IMG/VR virus record: IMGVR_UViG_3300012953_000126 | Span: 1-30,842 of that record | Length of the DNA stretch: 30,842 nucleotides | Origin: a virus | Lineage: Duplodnaviria > Caudoviricetes | Strand: one strand, 5' to 3' | Shown: positions 8,701 through 20,700 of the stretch, one piece after another | Layout: every line of letters begins with the position of its first letter | Numbering within the stretch: position 1 is the stretch's first letter | Notes under the pieces: generated by a model | What the model was told of the DNA's origin: nothing | Databases searched by the model: none | The model's input: only the letters and a program-made list of their open reading frames with translations | Made by a program: the position numbers and the translations under genes

Positions 8701-10153
8701 GTGATGATACTATATTGGATATTTTTAATGTGGTGTATGTCTGTATATCATATAAATGCAAGTCAAACTGCGTTGATGCACCAGTATATGCTGAATCTGT
8801 TACTCCGAATGAATATACCCTTGCTTGTCCTATTTTTAATCCATTTGGACTACTACCACTCGACCTCTCATTATAAAGATCAACAGTATTGGTACTAGTT
8901 CCACCTAAGTTAATATATGGTGTTCCAAATACATTGTTTACTCTTAATAAACTACCCATTCTAAATGGTATAGATGCAGAATTTACATCTTTAACATCTC
9001 TTGGTTTATCAATATCTAAAACAGTTGTACCAGGTAGATAAACATCATAACCCTTTACATATGCTTTACCTGGTGATAGTTTGACACACATTATGTCTTC
9101 TGAAGGTTTATTACCTTGATCAGTTAATTGATTTTCAGTATATAATCCATCTGATTGAATTTCATCATTTAGAGAATCTTGTAAATTAACACGAAATGGT
9201 TCTACAGAGTAATTACCAGACTCGTCAAAAGTTCTTTTTGCAAAATATTTTTTAATCTCTGAGTATACAGATGTATTTTGTAATTTTTTAGGTTCACCTT
9301 CTCTAATTCTGTATAATTCTACAAAACTAGTATCATTGTAATCATTTAATGATTTCTTTGTTAACTTAACCGATATTTTAAATCTATCTGCACCTGGTGC
9401 TGCAAAGTTAGTAAATCCCTTCGCATTATCATACAATGAAGAGTCATCATTTGCATTTACCACCTCTTCAATAATATCTAATCCAACTCTAAATGATGGT
9501 TTAGGATTATATGGATCTAATATAATCAAAGATGTTGGAACATCTACAAAAACACCACGTAAAAAATATACACCCTCATTAATACCAAATGCAGAACCAG
9601 TTGCAGAAGCACCTTCTAAAGACAATGTTAATATTGTTTCACCAATATTTAAAGTTGTATTTCCATATGTTAAAGTCTCTTCAAGAATTAGAACTTCACC
9701 GTCTGGAAATGCTACACTTTCACTATCAGTTCCAGATTGATTATACTTAACAAATATTGTTGGTTCAACAACTCCCTCATTTGGAGGTAAAACATAATTT
9801 TTAATTGTTGCTATAATACCAGAATTTTGACCTCTAACTCTTGTACCTTTACCATTATTATTGGAAATTAAACTATCTAAGTAAATAGAGACATCAATAC
9901 CAAGATGAGATTGATTTATTTTACAAGAAAAATAAGATTTGTCACACTCTATGCCACCAGGTATGACCATCGAACCTTCTTTGAAGATATGTTTTCCAAA
10001 AGATTCAACTTGATTTTGTATTATTGATTGGAAACCAGTTAATTCTCTTGCTTGAACTGGTTTGCCAGGCTTAAAGAGAATTTTGTAAAAGTTTTTAGCC
10101 TTATCAAAGTCGTCATAATAAGGACTGATATTTAAATTTGTCTTTTGTGGCAT
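2750..10153 (-). CDS. vrlC: VrlC-like / DUF4815 large virion structural protein (2467 aa)
   Basis: N-terminus NLNISPYYDDFD...ILFKPGKPVQARELT, internal RFKTGFVVNNF and DPLAQSFTV...FLTSFDLYFASKD motifs, and C-terminal PVRLKDFRAIALA. Follows gp8 as in T4-like cyanophages. Confidence 0.85.
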   Translation of the reverse strand: MPQKTNLNISPYYDDFDKAKNFYKILFKPGKPVQARELTGFQSIIQNQVESFGKHIFKEGSMVIPGGIECDKSYFSCKINQSHLGIDVSIYLDSLISNNNGKGTRVRGQNSGIIATIKNYVLPPNEGVVEPTIFVKYNQSGTDSESVAFPDGEVLILEETLTYGNTTLNIGETILTLSLEGASATGSAFGINEGVYFLRGVFVDVPTSLIILDPYNPKPSFRVGLDIIEEVVNANDDSSLYDNAKGFTNFAAPGADRFKISVKLTKKSLNDYNDTSFVELYRIREGEPKKLQNTSVYSEIKKYFAKRTFDESGNYSVEPFRVNLQDSLNDEIQSDGLYTENQLTDQGNKPSEDIMCVKLSPGKAYVKGYDVYLPGTTVLDIDKPRDVKDVNSASIPFRMGSLLRVNNVFGTPYINLGGTSTNTVDLYNERSSGSSPNGLKIGQARVYSFGVTDSAYTGASTQFDLHLYDIQTYTTLKISNIVSSQPKGTRVRGLSSGAIGYLAEVSATTAADEINISTTTGTFIVGEQLIYNEKTTDAKSSIIKINAYSTFDIKSVYQDSATITGGSIPTIFKADSVLYDRVLPGFSPADQLNVTKSAGTTNAGTIPGRNFAGKVGITTDAVISYSAGNFTEPVFNRISGISNDGKTLTLTAVNSITGVNNGAIIGTGTTTGVFRVRVPLISNANDAGLYSRLPRKNISNLNSSNSNLVITTQITGKSTSGSGTLSLASSDALNANAGITSAFFEPFDAEKYTLTYNDGSVEPLSSDKVTITNDGNDIAFSGLTNNSTPCTVNVTLKKIGVTSKSKNYVRSTQLEVTRTVGISTNGNLTQSNAYGLRVEDEEISLNYPDVNKIIAIYESKTLVKPVFDNLVFVSGLSLDTAAIIGEKIVGQESRAIGQIIETSSNAVGFVYLNANRFIENESVIFKESSITANIQQLINGNYIDRTDNYLLDDGHTRQISDYSKIVRKEKSAIPAKRLLVIFDHYLVPSGNKGDLFTVNSFTSDRYANDIPFISNDRATDILDLRPRVKPFTGTTSSPFAFSNREFEETNPFIITPDESSIIGYSFYLPRIDKLVINEFEQVKLIKGVSSEDPAPPTEVGNSMEIAQITLPPYLYDTVRGPRIRMFDNRRFTMRDIGALEKRIENLEEMTSLSALELDTKTLEVKDADGLNRFKTGFVVNNFKNRSFIDFSLNGGSRCDVDVVNRELISAVDFWSMKAELALNPNIDPASADLNSNLQLLDTNCRKTGDLITLDYTEIDWIDQPQATRVENVNPFNVITFAGAVILDPPSDNWARTIYIDNHRVESTGATWVEQANIVSQTSDRAVDRQRQRTEFPDESAQLVTTTTVTTTQRTERSFTNVLQGPSEERDYIESTKIDSEADPFMRSRNVFFAASGLKPATKHFHYLDSASPDIVPKLIEIEMVSGSFTIFENARIELVSLGDDPVIGYVRVQRPNHKFGDNTRPDVGAGLGSPSVTVEDYTVDPFDSSRPAPSTTYSATSKLLNIDVSALANDEQYFGYTVVGALVVGETSGAVARITNIDLVSDNWGDLIGTFFFRNANAVPRPPVTFRSGTKTFKVTAASEGTVVLPGSTALASDASGVFTGTGVVITQTNQNVSLRNPPAPPQRPNEVTVSVNVNTSSDTQFFEAPDRDPLAQSFTVDETGAFLTSFDLYFASKDPNAKVFVELRHVELGTPTKFLVQDYTQIALNPNQINISNDASVPTTVSFSSPVYLEPRREYAIVILSPASDLYEMWIARMGEKTVKSTILPDVEDVVVSKQYIGGSLFKSQNGTIWTPSQYEDLCFKLRKASFVSSGTATFYNTPVNAGNLNTQKLPDNPIRSLPRRLKVNVSGADCTNANLAIGQKISQADASNNTVPEDASITGIIEGQGSGVTGDTVIIGGSGYAFSSTTAVPTTNITGSGSGLTIDVTLTGDAVTSIAINAAGTGYQVGDVLTVDNTSSKVTTGAGFRFSVASIGTTFDSIFLTDVQGSLFTNGRKLVKYTSNNTAKSVISNTLVGSSTVNGELNTGDVFEVTQYNHAHHGANNKVVVKNVKPDSVKVQTTSALASDTTTVEIADTSPFANFNGITTSIGSALIGSEIVSYTVGSGKLTIVRGQFGTTPVSHDVSSDIQTYEAGGISLAGINTTFDITTFDDNIDNYYLKVDIANLAPNRTGDALLCFTNEKAFGGKNVQVSQNHQFSSIIPQFNVITPGKSTNVNASVRTVSGTSSGGGEISFLDQGFEPVTLNETTFFPSPRLVASVKNESERLINLPKNKSLTVNVDMSSTDSNLSPALDVKNSTLILGRNKINNPIGAENYALDEKSKALKNDPHGSVFISKLVTLKNPATSLKVLVAASRQPEADFRVFYRLFSFDSSEVSQTYRPFPGYNNLNDTTGDGFGNQIIDVANNDGRPDAFVAANSLDEFSEYQFSIDDLEEFNGFKIKIVMTSTNESVPVRLKDFRAIALA

Positions 10154-10154
10154 T

Positions 10155-11750
10155 TTAGAACTCTAGTATGATTTTGATGTCCTCTTTTTGTCGAGTACTT
10201 CTAACAATTTCTGGTCTGTTATCCATATAAATGATTTGTCCCGACCCTTTATTTATCTCTGAATCAGATAAACCCGCTTGGAATCTAGTTCCCAAATTAA
10301 TAAGTTTAGAACCTGTTGGATTAGTTGTTATACCTGTAAAATTAATCTGTACTGATCCAGAGAATCCAGATTCTTCTCCATTAATAACATTTGCATTAGT
10401 TGCACTCTCAAATTGATAAATTCTTCCAGATGTTGTTATCCCAACATAATCCGTATGATCAAATGATGTATTATTAAAGTAAATTGACCTGTCTCTAAAA
10501 TATTTTAATACTTTAGTTTCTTTGTCATATGAAGTAACATATCCTTTAGCAATTTTTCCTGTATTTGGAGAAACTGTAAGTTTTTGATTAATTTTTTCAC
10601 CAATAACTGGTGCATTACTACCAGTTACTGTATCTAATTTAATTGCTTGTAATGATGAAAAAGTACTATCCGTATAAGTAACAGCACTTCCAACTTTAGT
10701 TGGATTTTTTACAATACCCACCTGTGCAAATTTAGTGTCTACTGGAAAATCCTTGGTAGAATCATCAAATCTTGCATAGATAATAACTTTATCAGTCCCT
10801 AATTCAGTATAAACATCATCACCATGACCTCTACCAGGTGGAATAATGGGAATTAATTTTGCTTTACCAGTTGTCGGTACATTAGAATTGATCGTATCTA
10901 AATCGACTATACCGTAAGTATATCCCTTACCTCCAGCACTTACAGTTACATTAGTTATTTTTCCACCTTCAACATCAATTCTCGCTTTACCTCCTGTACC
11001 ATCACCCAAAATACTTACTTCTTGTGAAAGTCCATTTGAGTAATTTGTACCACTTTCTTCAATATAAATGTGTTTTATCTGATTTAAGTTTAAATCAGAA
11101 TTTCCATTTTCCCTAACAGATCTTATCTGAGAATCTATTGATGAAGACCATGCATTAGGAACTGTTATAAACTCTGTAGAATCAAATTTTATAATATCAC
11201 TAGGAGGAACAGTAAAAAGATATTTCCATTTATATCCATCTCCACTATTACCTGCCTTTGAGGGTTCTAAATCTGTAAATGTAGGTTCATCTTGAGATAC
11301 ATTTCCTAAAGGATTAGTTCCTGAAGCACCATTATCAATACAAATATAGACTTTAAACTCAGAATTTACAACATAATAATTTGCATCATATAATCTATTT
11401 GCTTTAGTTAGAGGACTTTGATTTGTAGAACTATAATCATCCCTGTAAATTTCATATCTATTTCCTGAAACCCAATCTACTCTTCTTATCAGTCTTCTTA
11501 TATTTGCAGAAGATATTTTTTTACCAAACATCATCGTATCACCGACGTGACTTCGATATGAAAAACTATCCGTAGGTGCAGGGGTATTTGTATCCCAATC
11601 GGTTGTTCTACCATATCCAACTAAACCAGCGGCTCCAGTTGGATTTGTTAATCCTAAAAATACATAATATGAATTATTAGTATTCTCTACTGACTCTACA
11701 AAATTATTTGCATTCAATATTCTGAATTGATCAGTAATAATTGCTGACAT
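10155..11750 (-). CDS. gp8: Baseplate wedge subunit gp8
   Basis: MSAIITDQFRILNA..., YYVVNSEFKVYICIDNG, DGYKWKYLF and C-terminal IYMDNRPEIVRSTRQKEDIKIILEF are typical of gp8. Confidence 0.92.
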   Translation of the reverse strand: MSAIITDQFRILNANNFVESVENTNNSYYVFLGLTNPTGAAGLVGYGRTTDWDTNTPAPTDSFSYRSHVGDTMMFGKKISSANIRRLIRRVDWVSGNRYEIYRDDYSSTNQSPLTKANRLYDANYYVVNSEFKVYICIDNGASGTNPLGNVSQDEPTFTDLEPSKAGNSGDGYKWKYLFTVPPSDIIKFDSTEFITVPNAWSSSIDSQIRSVRENGNSDLNLNQIKHIYIEESGTNYSNGLSQEVSILGDGTGGKARIDVEGGKITNVTVSAGGKGYTYGIVDLDTINSNVPTTGKAKLIPIIPPGRGHGDDVYTELGTDKVIIYARFDDSTKDFPVDTKFAQVGIVKNPTKVGSAVTYTDSTFSSLQAIKLDTVTGSNAPVIGEKINQKLTVSPNTGKIAKGYVTSYDKETKVLKYFRDRSIYFNNTSFDHTDYVGITTSGRIYQFESATNANVINGEESGFSGSVQINFTGITTNPTGSKLINLGTRFQAGLSDSEINKGSGQIIYMDNRPEIVRSTRQKEDIKIILEF

Positions 11751-11775
11751 CTGTACTGTATCTTACTTTTCTTTC

Positions 11776-11783
11776 TATTTATA
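11776..11783 (-). promoter_or_regulatory. T4-type late promoter TATAAATA
   Basis: Plus strand TATTTATA in the gp7-gp8 intergenic gap, about 25 nt before the gp8 ATG. Confidence 0.85.
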
Positions 11784-11795
11784 GGGGTTTTAGCA

Positions 11796-14700
11796 TCAAC
11801 TTAAAACTGCCCTGATTGAACCGCTACTTCTATGACCTCTTTCCCCAATATTATCATAACTCTTTCTCTGTATTGTTGGGAAAGTTGTAAGTCCAGAATT
11901 TACAGTCAAACCAGTAACTCCTATTGAAATAGGATTTGATGAGCGTTTAACATCAACACCACTGCTTGCACCATATAATCTACCCCAATTTATAGTACCT
12001 AAACTTGTTGTCAATCCAATATTGGTAGGATCAAAGAATCCTTCTACATGAAGAGGATCTACCCAACCACCAGTATTTGAATGTATATTACAAGTAATAG
12101 TTCCTTTTGATCCACCCACAGAATAGTCAACAGCATTAACAACATAAACATTATCAAGGAATGTTGTTCCAATACCAACTACGTTTGCATTGTCTTGATA
12201 TACTGATGTTAAACCATGTCCAATCTTTGTATCTTTAATATAAACGGGATATCCCACATTTAGTATATTTGCAGTAGCGTTTGTAAGTCCACCATCACTA
12301 TTTCTAGTCACTGCATGGAAATCAAATCTTAGTGCTGGACCAGTCACAAAAGTAATGCCAGTGATGATTCCAATAAATCCTTCAAAGTTAGATATTCCAG
12401 TAATTCTTTCCGTTTCAAATTTAGGATTTTCTATAATAACTTGAGGTGCACTACTTTGCTGATCATATCCAAGTCCAGGATTTATTATATCAGCACCAGT
12501 TACCACACCATTGGTTACTGTGACAGTAGCAGTGGCAGTAGTACCAATACCAACATATTTTTCAACACCAGATGGTGCCTCAATACCAATATCAACTGCT
12601 CCAGAATATCCTGAACCACCTTCTGTAATATTAATGGATGAAATAGTACCACCAGCACCTATCGTAGCGGTTGCCTCTGCGACTTCGCCAATCTCACCAG
12701 ATGTTATTAATGCATCTACAGAATCTGGAAGCAATGAATTTCCATATTTGCCTTCATAGAAGAATGATTGTGCATCATCAACAAAAATACTATTACTTGC
12801 AACTACACCTATTCCTGAAGTCTCTGATAAATCACCAATTATTTTAGATGTAGGATAAACTTGAGGTTCTAGTATTGATCTTGCTTTAGAAACTAAGCTA
12901 CCATTGATTTGTAAATCGTTCTTTTGCTTTGTCCATCTGATTGGTTTTTCATTTACCTCATCAATACCCAATCCCTGATAGATGTCAGTATCAACTAAAT
13001 CAGTGTTGAGAATATCCTTTACGATTCTACTATTGGTTTGTGATGTTGTTATTCCACTTGCTTTCTCACTCTTAAATATGTCAATAGCATCACCAATCTT
13101 AATTGTCTGTGATACATTTTCAATTTGAACATCGATACCATCAATACCCTTGTAGAAGTAAATATCTACACTATCGTGATCATTAATACCTGGTTGAGAT
13201 TCTCCACTTGGTGCTTCAGTAAATATAAAGGTAGTTCCTCCTTGGAATTGGTAAGCTTCACCAGGTTTCTGTAGTACACCATTTACAAAGATAAGTAGAA
13301 CTGAATCTAAATCAATTAATGCAGAACGAGGGTCAGTTAATACTTTCTCAAAACTTAATAATTCACCATTAAAGAATAGCGGGAATCTTGTTCTAGAACC
13401 ATCTTGTAAGATTTTAATACTATCAATCGCATCAATTTCACCAAATTGCCAAGCAGAGAATTTATCGTTGAATATTTCAAGAACTTCTAATTCAAATTCT
13501 TGTATTGGTGCTGATAAGTGTGCAGCAGTCACAAGACCGACTGGTTTGAACTTATCTCCTTTCTTGAATGAGTATCCTGATCTAGATATCTCAAAGTCCT
13601 TGATTCCAAATAAAGTAGAACCAATTCCAACTGCTGTAGATGCTGCACTTACTCCAACATTTAACAGTAAATTAGCACCCGTATCAGTAGTAGCACCGAC
13701 ACCTAATCTGGATAAACCAACAACTTCAAGATTTTCATAAATTGGTTCAGGTATGATTAATCTTGGATTAACATAACTTGTACCTGCAGAAACTATACTA
13801 AAGGATAGAGTACCTCCAACACCCACAGTTGCCTCTACAACTGCACCTGTTCCTCCTCCACCACCTTGACCAACATTTAGTGTAATAGTATCTGTTGAGG
13901 TCGCTGTTATAGCAGTCTGTATTCCTGCAATAGGATCTGAGTTAGGGAAACTTGTCTTAGATACTGAACGAGGATATGGATGATCTGAGAAGAAATTGTC
14001 CTTTGAACACTTGAATACTAAACCACCAGTATCAATACCAACGGTATCACTAGTTGTTAATCCGTGACTTGGAATTGTAAGAACAAGAGTTCCTGTATGT
14101 GAAGTATAAACTGCGTCTGTTGCTGTAAATGCATTACCCGCAAAGTTTGATTGTCTTATTGAACCTATACCAGCACTTACAAATTTATGTACATATGCTT
14201 GATCTGTAACTCCAATTGCAACTGTACCACCTCGATAACCAGAACCAAATGTTAAATCGTCATAGAATTCATATGCATGACCACCGCCTTGATAGGTATG
14301 AGGTATTGTGCTTGCACCTGCTCTCACCTCAAAACTTCTTTCAGAGACTATACCAACAACAAATAGTGGTCTCTCGTGATCTTGGAAGATTGTTGTTGTA
14401 ACTCCAACATATCCACCACCACCAATTGTTTTAACTGAATTGGCAGCAGCAGAAACAAATGTGTGAGCATATTGGTCACCAGGAGCTGATGCACCAACAT
14501 TAACTCTAAATGTATTTGTAGTTTTATTAGTAATTGTAAGATATTGACCAGCAGCAGGGTCTGTTGCACGAGGATAGCAATGAGTAGAATTATTACTATC
14601 TTGTGTACAAGTAAAGCAAATTGAACCAGTATCAAGAATAACAGCATCACCCACTACTAATCCATGATTTGCAATTGTTAACACTAATACGCCAGTAGCA

Positions 14701-17700
14701 GGGTTATATGTTGCATTGGTAGGAGTTCCAACTACTGTTTTTGGACATACAAACTCTAATCCTTTAAGTTTAACTGAAGTAGGTCTGTCTAATGCAAATC
14801 CGTGAACATCATTAGTTGTAACTGTTATAATTCCACTTAAATTATCATATACAGCAGTTTGAATACCTATATTAAATCCAGATGATGTTCCAATACCAAC
14901 AATACCTGTTAATTCACCAGATGTATTTTTTTCTGCTCTTACTTTTGCACCAACTAATGGAGCATATCCTAGACCTTCGGTTGAACCAAGAGAAACAATT
15001 AAACCACCTCTGGGTATTTGGTTTTGATTAATATCAGAATCAGAAACAATAAATTGACCATTTTCTGACGTAATACCTGTAAATCTGATTGTTGATATTC
15101 CTGCAGTAGTATCTGCTAGTATTTCATAATTGTTACCAGAACTATTTGCAGTAAATGGTTTTTGATATACACCATTAAGGAATACAACTCCATTCCCAAC
15201 TTCAATACCTGCTGATGTATTTGCACCACCAACTTTTAGAGTATATGCTGTTGTAAGACCTGTGAAATTATCTGATATATCATCAAATAACATATTTGTT
15301 GAATAATCTTGTCTTGTAAAGGTTCTTCCACTAAAATCTGCCTTTACGAAAGGTAATTCAGTATCAGTTTTTCTGGAACGAGTATTTCCTTTTGGAGGAT
15401 CAATAAAATGTACTGTGCTATCAATTATGTTAAATGAACCTCTATGAACTCTTACAATATCACTGTTATTGTGAGGTGTAGCACCAATTCCTAGAGATCC
15501 TCTTTGAACTCTAACTGTTGGAATTGTTGATATACCAAGACTAATATTTAATTGATCATCTATCTCACCACTACCATCTGATGTACTTGAAAATCCTACC
15601 TCAATTATCTTCATAAATTCTTCATTTATTTTTAATACATCAAACGTTGATATTGATCCAATACCACTTAATGCAAATTGAGTAGTTGCAGATCCAATAT
15701 TAACATCTAAAGTATGAGTTAATGAAGTAAATGTGACTGGTTGCTGTACAACACCATCTAAACCTATGATTGTTTTAGATAATTTTTTGGTCATATTCAG
15801 TTTATGGATATTACCAGAACCAACACCCGTTACAGTTATGGCAATACCTGATACCACATCTTCTTTTGTTGGGAATAATTGGAATTTATCTTCACTTATT
15901 ACTTTTGCAAAAACAGTGGTTGGTAAAATATCTGTTGTAATACCCGCAGTATTAACTGTTGAACCAATTGATATTGCAGTAGCAGCAACTCCTATGAAAG
16001 AAGAATCTGGAGTATATTCCAATTCCTCATTTGTATTAAAGAAATGATTTGATACCGTAAATATTCCTGTAGATTTTTCAAGACCTACACCATCAGGATT
16101 AAATGTCTTTGTGTAAATTGGAGTTCCTTGATATTTTAAGTCAAATTTAGTTTTATTTGCCCTTTCTCCCTCTAATCCGTCATATGTTGATAATAATACT
16201 TCTTGATCTACATTACCATAACTCAAGATTGCTGGAATATTGCTAAAGTCAGATGCTGTATAGAATACTTGGTTAAATGCCTGAACCTTAACTTCATCCG
16301 TAAATTCCGAATCAGGAACGAATCTTAAGTTAATATCATCTCCAGATATCACTGAAGTAAATGAACCTATTCCTGAAGTTGAACCTAATGAAACATATGG
16401 ATACTGAACAACTAAAACATCTTCTGCATCTCTAATTGCTGTAACCTGATGTATCGCAGATATTTCCCCAGTTGATACTTTAACTAGAGACTTAATTGAA
16501 CTATCAATTGATTTATTAATGGTTGCATATGTAATATCTGAACTTGTTCCAAGATTAAATGTAGACTCGAATCTTACACTTCTTTCTGCTTCAGGAGGTT
16601 GACCTTCAGCTAAAAATCTATGTGTTCCTATTCCTGCAGTTGTTGTTCCTAAACCAACTATACTTGATTTGGAATCTAAAATAGTTGATCTATTATTCTC
16701 AATCTGTAATTTGACTAAATCATTTTCTAATCTAGCAGTAAGTATACCAACAGTATTAGTTGTGATTCCTGAAACATCATCAGAATAAATTTGAGATAAA
16801 GTTGTATTGGTACCATCAAAATCAAGTATTACTTCGTTATAGTTAATCTCTTTGGTTACTGAGTCCTGAACAAAAATATTTGCTTGTAATCCATTAAATG
16901 TATCCTTATCAAACTCTACGATAGTAGTTGTATTAAATCCAGTGGTAGCAGATGCAATACCAACATTTGCACTTATTAAGTTAATACTTCCAACAACATT
17001 AGTACTTATTCCAGCAATATTATCGTCATAGGAACTTTTTAATATTTTTATATCATGATCTTTTATATACTTCTCAACGGGATTAAATAATAAGCTATTA
17101 GTTCCTGTAATTTCGGTTTCAAATTCACCAAGTTTCAGATTACCATCAATATTATTTAATCCAACTCCAGTAGTATCACTTGTCTTCTCAAGTAAGATAA
17201 TTTGATCTTCTTTTGTTAATACAACTAATTCAGTTAATTGCGTATCAAAAGTGTCAGGATCGACTACTTGAATAAGGTAATTTACAACTTTACCATTGAT
17301 TTCATCAATTATACTTGAATTAGCTGCAAAACCAACACTTGAAAATTCTCCACTTATATCATCGTGAAGTAAGACTCTGTTAGAAATACATTTGTTATAA
17401 TTAGTTAATTTTTTCTCTGAGAAAATAACAGATTTTGATTTATTACCAAGACTATTATAATCTAAAACATAATCAAAATTATTAATAGCATCGACTCTAT
17501 TATCATCACTAACTAAGTCTAAAATAATAGTTGCTACTGATTTATCATTTTCTGTGGCAATACCAACTTTTACGATGCTCTGTACAAAAGTATCAGCAAA
17601 GTTTTTCAATCCTGCAGGATGAACTATACCATTAACACTATTTGAGAACTTATCCCAAGTTATTGGACTCTTAACAGAGTATGATAGATTTTGATAGTAA

Positions 17701-20700
17701 TCATTATCAGGTATGACTTGTATATCATCATTCAGTTTACCAATGTTATCAATCCAACCATATTCTTGACGATTTGAAAAATCAATCTCAAATCTACCTA
17801 GATTTGGTTTAAGATCTACTATTTCAGCTGAAACACCAGTTATTCTACCAGTAATTCTATCCCCTTTTTTAATTATTTCTAATCCATCTAATTTTATAAA
17901 ATCATCTCTTGTTTCAACGATTGTTAAATCTGAATTTTCATCATTTAGTATTAATGGTTCATTCTGTTGGAAAACTCCTCTTTCTTGAACGGGAATCAAC
18001 TCTGGATAATTATTTTTATTTACTATGGTCGCATAACCAGATTGGAATGTTTTAGCAATACCAGGATTTGTAGTTACTCCAGCAACACTGAATTTTAAAA
18101 TTGTATTACTACCAGGTATATACTCTTGAACTTTAAAGAATGAATAATTATGATTTTCTGAATTGAATCCTTCTCCTAATACTTCACCGCCTGATGCTCC
18201 ATCTTGTACAGTAAGACCACCAGCTTCACCAACTCTTTGTATACCTTCAACGTAAATCTCATCTCCTACTGCAAATGGTTGAGGACTAACAAATCCATTA
18301 AATGGTGTTTGTAGGAAACATGTAACTAATCCACCAGAACTACTTTGTATTGAATTAATACCAATTCCATTTGAGTTATTAACTGCAAATATCTTATGTT
18401 GAATAGAGTCGAGTCCATTTAATGGAGCAACTAATTGAACAAATGAGATGGATTGATTAGGAACATCTGCTTGCAATGAACCTGAATCGACAACTTGATT
18501 TGAGGCAGGATTAAAAAGTATTAAGTTGGGAGCAGTTGTATAATCGGATCCAGCATTTACTATATTAATACCAGTCACTGTGTCTAGATTATCAACATTT
18601 AAAATTGATGGTATATAAACTTCTGGTTGTAAAGTTTTATCTGCAGAATATTCATATCCTATATCAAGCACTCTAACATTTTTTATTTTACCAATATTTT
18701 TAGACGTAGTAACCAAATTAGCATTTACACCTTCTGCAGATATAACTTCTTTAAATATTGGTAATTGTTTATAATTAAATCCGTTAGAAAGAATTTTTAA
18801 TTTCTTGATTCCACCTTTTACATTTGTTGATTTTGTCGAATATTCAATTTTTTCACAATCAGTATCATTATAGGTTAAAAATTCGGGCAGTTTTGGTGAG
18901 AAGTTGAATGTTTCAGATGTAATATCAGATATTTTGTATTCGCCATTATAAACACTATCTAAGAAAATGATTTGTGAATAATTTTGCACTTCATTATCTG
19001 CTGTACTTATGTAACCACCCTTAGTGATACCATAATACAATACTGGTGGTGTTGAAGCAGTTGGTTGTAAAGTCAGTGTGGCACCAATAGTATCATACTC
19101 ATCTGTACCTACCCCAACAGTTCCTGCAGTTCCAACGTTGAATGAAGATGAATCTTGAGAACTATTAAATACATTTTCACCATTACTATAGAAAATATTA
19201 AAGTCGAATCCCGCAAGTGTTGTTGTAGATAATCCAAATTTGATCTTTGAATTTTTATAAACCTTGATTTGTGGATTTATAGGTGCAATACTTTGCTTAC
19301 TTCCACCACTATTATTTGTTAGTTCAATTAATTTTATTGGATTTGCTGATAAATCATTAAATGTCTCTGCTAACTGGAAAAATCTACTATTAACTTTATA
19401 GACAAAATATGAACCTGTTCCTAAACCAGCATTACCATCGTAAAATACTTTATCACCAGTGTTGAATCCGTGATTTTCAATGTTTATTCTATTTGTTTCT
19501 ATACCAGCATTTGTAAAGTTTATTGGATTTATTAATAATTTTTCATATTCGGCATTATAATTCACTTCAATAGGATTCGTATTACCTATTCCAACAGTAT
19601 GATTAGGAACAACATTTATGGATACAATATCTCCATTTTGTAAATTATGAGTTGTTGTATCAGCTGCAGCAACATTTGTAGTAACAGTGCTTACAATTTT
19701 GTCAATATCACCTGTAACTTGATCAAATTGAGATGATAAGTTATAGAGATGTGTGTTTATACCTGAGACAGCACTTCCGTCTGACTTAAAATATAGTCCT
19801 TCGCTTGTGTTACCAATACTTACTGTTGAAAGACCAATATAGTTTTCGCTTTTCTTAATAACAAATAAATCTATTGAAGTGTCACTTGAGTCATATGGTA
19901 TTGAAAAATTACCAGCATTATCACTTGGATCATCAGTATTTGCAACATTTATTTGCCTATTTGAAACAGCAGGAACATTAAGTTTTACTTTTTGTCCTGT
20001 AACAAATGAATGATTAGGTAAATAAATTTGTCTATTTGGTATTGATACTGATTTTACAGTTTCTCCAATTACATAATTCGTTGATATTGACCCACCATCA
20101 GTGCCTAATCCTATTGATTGTGGGGCATTGAAATAAATTACATCATTTAATTGTGAATCAAATCTTTTTGTTTTAACTGGGATTGATATTCTGTTATTCA
20201 ATAAATCAACATTTGATCCAAATGTATGTGCAGCACCAGGACCTCTCAAAGCACGAATAATTTTTTGTTGGTTATAAACATTCAATACAGTTACAATTTC
20301 ATCATTAGCACTATTACCAGAACTAATTCTTAATGAATTACCAGACTGTGTATTTGCAGGTAATTTATTAACAAAAATATCTTCAACTGCCTCAAGACCA
20401 TTCGCAATAAAACTCATACTCTTACCTAAAGAGACACGAGAAGTCGAAACTCCTATGTTGAATGAATCTGTTAAATTTTGTATTGATGTGCTTAGACCTG
20501 AAACAAATACAAAATCATTATCATTTAACTCAATATAAGTTGATATACCTACATTTACTGTATTTTCATCAGACCAAGTAAATATTAAATCTTCAAATCT
20601 ATCCAATTTAGTTTCTATACTAGAAACTCCTAAACCAACTAATTCACTTACTTCTGCACTAAATCCTGAACCATTCGTATCAGTATTATCAAAAGATGTA

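Noticed and set aside
14348-14650. 100-aa Leu-rich minus-strand ORF overlapping the nested gp7 module
   Set aside because: It is an alternative-frame shadow of gp7. The Leu/Ile/Gln richness follows from T/A-ending codons and there is no independent translation signal.
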